Shown: piece by piece, positions 57,104 through 64,000 of the stretch
Layout of the letters: every line of letters starts with the position of its first letter
Numbering within the stretch: the stretch's first letter is position 1
Origin: Octopus vulgaris
Taxonomy: Eukaryota
Assembly: GCA_951406725.2 (NCBI GenBank)
Contig: OX597818.1
Location: forward strand, 66,526,001 to 66,590,000
Direction: 5' to 3'
DNA length: 64,000 bases
Program-made: the position numbers and the translations under genes
The notes under the pieces: generated by a model
Database searches by the model: none
Told to the model about the DNA's origin: nothing
Seen by the model: only the letters and a program-made list of their open reading frames with translations

Positions 57104-60100
57104 TGATGCATCTAGCTACTCTTTGAAATATAAGAAACAATTTCAGCAGTTTTATCTATCGTTGCAAATCCAAGGATTTTCTTCTGCTGCTTTTTAAAGA
57201 AATGATTACGTTAGTGGTTGGAATTTGTTAGCAGCCATGGATGAAAATGACCAGGAATTTGAAGATGTGTTGGGCGTAGGAAAAGTGCAGTTCAATATTG
57301 ATAGAAAACTATGTAAGATAATCTAATTCTTGCTGTGTTATGTTTGTTAAAAGTGTGTGAGATGTTTTAAGAAATTCGCTTAGAAAATAATGTGATGTCA
57401 GCTGAATATTGAAACGAACTGCGATGCGATACTTTATATGTAAATTGTATATATAGGATATAAAGTGTGCTTAAATGAATTAAGACGATAGCTGAACAAT
57501 AAGTGTTGCATCAAATGAAAGGAACGTATATCAAAATAGACATTTAATGCGATTAAATGCTGAGAACATGTTGAAAGAAAATTGCATTTTAATGATAGCT
57601 GTTTTACTTGAACAGCGACTGAGGTGAAATATATGTCTTTCAATGAGAATGTAGGAGACGATGTTTTGTAGTTTACATCAGTTTAATACATGTTGACATG
57701 GGAAACACAATGACATTAATTATCTGAAATGTTTGGTGCTCAATCCTACGAGACGTATCGTACTTTTGCAAAACAATCATGCCTTTCACGACTACTTATT
57801 GTATTCTATTCTAGGAGAGTTGTCTTCTTCTGCAGCACTAGTTTCTATTACTGCCCTGGACTGTTCTTAGATTGGTGTTGGAGGTGGTGATGTCATTTCC
57901 ACGTTGACCTCAATATTCATTAGCAATGGAATATGTGATACTTTAGGAGACATGCTTAATGTTATCTTCTGTATATTATAAATCACTGAATAATAGACAT
58001 TTTGAATGAAACTTCTTAAACAAGACGCATTATCTCGTTAGCCTCATATGTTTCCATAACCGATGGAATGAAGCTGGATGCGTTATAATACGTCTGTATA
58101 ACTCCGATATGCCTTGCGTATATTTGGAATAGTAAATCGATTCCGTTAAATATATTGTAGTCTTTCTCTGTATTTATTATTATAGAATTATTCTTGCTAA
58201 ATCTATCTATTCGTTCAGAGATCCGGTTTTAGAAAAGTAGATTTGCCAAACTACGTAAACAAGATAATATTCAAAACGGAATGGTTATAAAATGAGTGAA
58301 AGAATGGCGTCAATTCGAACGTATTATAAAATTTGTGGTATTGCTTCAGCTAATTGGATTAACCAAACTTCAGATAATATTAAATTGTATTCAGACCCAG
58401 GCAACATTGTTCATGAATTCTACATCTTGCCCATTCTTTCTCGCCTTTCTATACACATTTGCCCACTCACACATACATGCTTGCAAATGTAAAACACACG
58501 AATACTCATGGATTCCTAATAGATCAAGCACTGTCGCACAAAGGGTGTATTGTTGCAGGAAGGTATTATTTATTGGGAACGAATTCTCGAAAGAATGCAA
58601 CCATGACTACACTTTAAAAACCCTTGAGCTACAACTATTAACGTTTGAGGTAACATAAAAAAACAATCACAAAACCGAGAGATGAATGTATTTCAATTTC
58701 GTAAATAAAACTGTACTAACAAATATTGTGAAATTTAAACAAAGAAATGCAAAGATTTAGTTTCGTCCTTGTCGAACAGGAAGATAATACTTTTAGTTAA
58801 ACGCCATGTGTCGCAAGAAATGCAAAATAGACAAGAACGAATGGAAGAATTGAGGATTAATAGAGATAGACGGTTTCAAATTGCATATACAGAAAATAGC
58901 ACTTCCTATATACGTAACGTAATCTTCCTTTATTACATAACACAATTTCCATTACCAGCGATGCATGTTCCTTATCTTGAATTTAAATAATCGCTATTCA
59001 TAATGTTTCCCATCTGCACTCGTGGGGCTCATTTTCCCACAGCTGATTTCCCTTCCACTGTGAGATAAATATTTCTTTCTGAAGATTATCTTTCAACGCA
59101 CACCATATACAGAAATAGGAGAGCTATATAGAGAGACTGTTTGCTGAATGGCAAAGCATCAAACAGAACAACACACGGAATGCCTAATAAACTGCCAAAA
59201 TGGATGTTGCCGTGTATTGTCAGGGTAAAATTCTATCGTTTTCAGATTTCTGTTCGGTCTAACAGCTCCTGTAAGAATTTTAAAACACAGAAAAGCTACA
59301 AAATTTGCCCTTGTCATAACTAAATTCATTCACCATCACTTTTTATTAATGAGCGCTAATACTGTACTGAATATCACAACATTCCATAGGCTACGGCTGG
59401 GTCATAAATATTTGTCTAAATCTCAGTTCATATCATTAGGTAAAATAAAGTAAAATATGTAGCTTTATTTGGCATCCAGAAGTTAGGACATTTTCCCCGT
59501 TTCTGTCCTTCAAATCGGGTGTAAGGTTTCTACGTACATACTTGGCACGAACTTACATATAAACATAGTCTGCAACGCTTCCATATATTGAAATCGAACA
59601 CTATTTACACAGCAATCTAACGAGTAAATGTCATAGGCTACAAAAATTGTATCCCGCTCCATATTGTTCTGAGGAAGACATTTGCATTGCCTAAAATAAT
59701 GGTAGACTTCGTTTAAATGGCAGTTATTCGATAAGGTTCACAACGAACTTGTAGAAATCAAAATTTCTGCTTGAGAAACACACCAGTTAAATTACTTCGT
59801 CGGGGCAGGGAACAAGGTTCCAGGCAGTCTCAGAGCGGTGTAGGTAAATGTGACAATATATACCATTACATACGTTTTTATCTTTGTTTTTTATCCTTTA
59901 GTAACTTTTAGTTTCTCTGTTTGAGAAAATGTTTAAGCACTCAGATTTCACAATCGTTAGAGTCACAAGAAATCTCAAACCCATTCGTTTATAATTTATA
60001 AACTTACGAACAATTTATAAACAGTACACCGTTCTTGAATAATAACAATTTTTATATTGTGTTATTTTCCAACATCATTTAATAATTGGAAAACTAGCTT

Positions 60101-61389
60101 GAGGAATCGTAATTTTGTTCAATTAGAAAAGCGTTAAAATATATAAAATGAAGAATAAAGAAATATAAATTGATATGTCTTATTTTATAAATATCTTAAG
60201 CAATTACACTTAATTTATTATAATTATTATCTGCTGCCAGCGATGAATAACGGAGGCAAAGCAGGTGTTGACGAGTTGAAGAAAAATAAAATGAAAAATA
60301 ACAGAGAAGACTGGTGGTGTTTAGTTAACTTTGCGGGAAATGTAGAAAATATATTTTCTATGAAAATTAATGTGTAATTCGTATTAAGGACAACTAAGTG
60401 TAAATAAATGCTTCGCAATATATGATACCACAAACAATGGTTGTATGTGTAAACCTTAGCTCTGGCATCTTAAATTAAACAGCGTTGTGTGAAAAATATT
60501 TAAGCCAGAATCAAGATACTGGTGTTGATGTACGAGGAGTGTATCTAAAGTCTTGAGCCTAAAAAAACCCCCAAAAACATGGTTACAAGATTCCAAGGCT
60601 CAAAGACCTTGAAGGCTCAAAACGTGGCATACACACCGCGTATGTCGTGACATGCATTCGCCAAAATGATTCACCTCTTTCACTCATAGAAACATGTAAC
60701 GGATGACTATATTTCACCAACAAAGTTATTCTTTTGTTTTCTTATGATAAAATATCGGCTAAAAAAGAGATTTGAAATTAATCTTCGATTTTCAAAATCA
60801 GTAGACCACATGTGAAGTGGCTGATCTTTAAGTTAGAAAATATCCAACTACCTCTCTTCATTCAGAAAGGTCTAGTGCATATCAAAAGGTGGAATCTAAT
60901 TTAGTAATTGCATTTACCATGAAGAATAAACATCGTTTACATTCAAGTCTTAGCAGGAAAATATATATCTGCCTTTATATCTCTAATACATAATAACTGT
61001 AATATATGATATCACAAAATATATATCAGTAGTATCAAACCCACGTTGCATTGCATGTATCTACAGCTAGTATCCTTTCTGATACTACATAAGAGAATTG
61101 GTATCTGTAGGAGCTCTCTAGACTGATATAGTCAGATGGAGTCGTGGGACTTATTTCCCTGACTCTATTTGGCATCAAAAACAAAAAAGAAATTAAATTA
61201 CACCGAAGGAATGATAAAATACATTAGTGTTGCAAATTCGGAACTACAAATTTCAACTGCCAAGAGGGCGGCATTTCAGGTGTTATTTGAACCATCGTAT
61301 AAATAATATTAACACAAATCCCTTTGATAAAAATATAGTGTTGGAAAGCTAGTTTTTATTTAGTTATACTTGTTCATTCTTATCCAGTA

Positions 61390-61985
61390 TACGTTCTTTT
61401 CTACTCTAGGCACAAAGCCTGGAATTTTGTGGGAGGGTGTCAGTCGATTATATCGACCCCAGTACGCAACTAGTACGTAAGTTATTGACTCTGAAAGGAT
61501 GAAAAGCAAAGTCGACTTCGGCGGAATTCGATCTCTTAACATAAAGACAGACGAAAAACTGCTAAGCATTTCTCTCGGCGTGCTAACATTTCTTATTTCT
61601 TTATTTCCCATAAGGGGCTAAACATAGAGGGGACAAACGAGGACAAGTAGAGAGATTAAGTCGATTACATTACCCCAGTGCGTAACTGGTATTTAATTTA
61701 TCAACCCCGAAAGAATGAAAGGCAAAGTTGACCTCGGCGGAATTTGAACTCGGAATGTAACGGCAGACGAAATACCTATTTCTTTACTACCCAGAAGGGG
61801 CTAAACACAGAGGGGACAAACAAGGACAGACAAACGGATTAAGTCGATTACATCGACCCCAGTGCGTAACTGATACTTAATTTGTTGACCCCGAAAGGAT
61901 GAAAGGCAAAGTCGACCCTCAGAACGTAGCGGCAGACGAAATACTGCTAAACATTTCGCCCGGTGTGCTAAAGTTTCTGCCAGCA
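61390..61985 (-). mobile_element. SINE family B trimer (tail 1, tail 1, tail 2)
   Basis: Three copies of the gaaaggatgaaaggcaaagtcgac core at ~61495, ~61710 and ~61893, fused head-to-tail. Confidence 0.9.
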
Positions 61986-62071
61986 CGCTGTCTTATATCC
62001 AGTATATATTGCCTGACGAAAATTTATATTATGCATATTCCTCAGTAAGAAATGTCATATTACAAGGGAAA

Positions 62072-62467
62072 TCTTTATATATAAAATAGAGGTTGCGTGC
62101 TGTCTGTCTCCTACGATTTAGATTCCTAACTAATCCCACATTTTGCGGTGTAGTTTGAACAAAACCGGGTATCTGATAGTCGTGATTCATATCGAGCCCT
62201 TCTGGGTATTAGCGCGCGTCTACGATGAGTCTACGATTTAAAAAATAATTTACCATCAATGTTTCCCATTTTTAATGCATTTTTGGCATATATAAGGGAA
62301 GTAACTCTCTAAAAATGTATTATTAAATCTCAGAACGTAAAAAGCTACAGTAACACCCCGCCTTTGTTGTTAGCCATATTGAGATGATTATTATACTTTA
62401 CATCTCTAAAAATGCTTATATGGTTATTTCCCTTACAAACCCGAGCAACGCCGAGCGATACTGCTAG
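62072..62467 (+). mobile_element. Non-autonomous Helitron (396 bp)
   Basis: A|TCtttatatataaaa 5' end, a subterminal GC-rich imperfect hairpin (cccgagcaacgccgagc) and CTAG|T 3' end. No target-site duplication; inserted between A and T. Confidence 0.75.
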
Positions 62468-64000
62468 TATATTATAAATATATCCTAGTATTAAATGCCG
62501 TCACACTAAATACATTTTTTGGTAGACGTTCATTATATTAACTTTCAGCATTAATGAAAATGAGAATGTCATAAGCCATGTATATTTGCTTTCCCGTTTT
62601 CTATTAAATTTTGATAACTTGCTCTCCAAGATCTCGATGTAATTACTCCTGAAAACACGACTAATATGGTTTAGCATAGCACTATTGTTTCTTATGCGAA
62701 ATAATTGACATGAATTCCACGAAATGCAATTTCATTAAATTTTGAATGAAGAGGAAAAACAGATAATTGACAATTGTATGCTGGTGAAATATATTACAGG
62801 TACGCCACTTCCATTTACCTGTAATCAGCATAAACAAATTATAAGCCTGTAACTTATAATGTTAAATGCTTACAAAGATTTTGGAAAGTCTCATAAATAC
62901 ATTTGTTTACACAGAGATGTGTTAACCTTGCTCTATTCGTAAAATATTCTGTTGTTTCAGTGATTATAGGTTTGTTTCTGAACGTAAATATACGAGGGAT
63001 GCTGCTATATTCTTGGCTTTGTGTAAGGGAAAATACAAGAGGAACTGTTAATTATTCTATTCAAAATATTCCCCTCTCATATCTACAAACTTATTGCAGC
63101 GGTCCTTCAGTTTTTCTACCCCATGTAAACGAACTGGGAAATTTGGGCCTCCAGCCTAGCCTTTCGTTATACCGTTGAAATTGTTAGCACCCCTTTTATA
63201 GCTGGGTTGATCAAATACTTGCTGAAACGATGTAGAATTATTTTGCAATTCTGTAGTTGTGAATTTTTGCTCAAACACAGTTAAGTATTAACTATGTAAT
63301 AATATGAAACGATTAAAAGCTTACTACATCGAAATTACGTTTAAAATCTATAACTATGTAACATATGTTTCACACTGTGGGGAAGACTTAACGTGAAGAA
63401 CACAGACATGATAAAATAAATATGTTTGTCTACACACTTATTCACATAATAACCCTCATTGCATACACATATCATGGAAAAGGAAAAAAAGTGCTGACAG
63501 GAAGAGAACTGAATGCCTCCAATGCGTAAACGGTGTTGGATATAATAATAGAGAAGAGTTAATCCAAGGCCTAAATGTATATAAAGTAGCAGAAAAACTC
63601 AACATTGGAAAATGGTTTGAATAAAGAAGAAAAAACAACAACAGAAAGTGCAAAAAGAAATATCCGAATAGCATTAAAAAATAGCATTTCTCGATAATGA
63701 GAACCACTCGGCAAACTGTATGTCATACTTATATTTTGGGAGCCAAAATGTTTCTGAAAAGTCAATGGAAACACTAGAGACAAATTAGATGTGCTTACAA
63801 CGAAAGTGGCTCTCTTTATTATTTGCACTGTCAAGATGCACCTCGCATAAAAACAAGTGATATTTGCCAAATAAATAAATAAAATAACAAAGGAGCAATT
63901 TTTCCGAATTGTTCGTAAAATATATTGATTGTTAAATACATCGCAATATTATTAGAAGTTAAAATGTCTGTTACAGTTTTGGTTTATCCTTATTCGCTCG

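Noticed and set aside
57800-58660. Possible decayed MULE transposase or host exons
   Set aside because: Motif resemblance too weak and no consistent frame or splice pairs.

Overview
AT-rich, microsatellite-dense eukaryotic DNA with no intact protein-coding gene that I can support. The repeat content (tRNA-headed SINE families, long (TA)n and (ATT)n tracts, R4/Dong-type LINEs) resembles an octopus or other coleoid cephalopod intergenic or intronic region; this is recognition-based inference. Recognisable content: one full-length but inactivated mariner (21268-22554) inserted into the endonuclease motif of an R4/Dong-type retrotransposon; three more decayed mariners; several R4/Dong fragments sitting in (TAA)n tracts; a CR1/L2-group LINE 3' fragment; about 20 SINE copies from at least three families; a non-autonomous Helitron; and Penelope-like remnants. 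The most interesting observation is a 354-bp unit at 3031-3741, present as a tandem plus inverted copy. It carries a minimal type I hammerhead-like motif (CACG-CCGATGA-stem II-GAAA-(C/T)TCGAG-TC-CGTG) and an adjacent multi-stem domain. Diverged relatives of that domain at 6921-7125 and 26231-26422 show compensatory base-pair changes, making it a candidate retrozyme or Penelope-dependent structured-RNA element family. Most ORF-track entries are microsatellite translations or antisense shadows of transposable elements. All family calls come from manual motif reading, not database searches.
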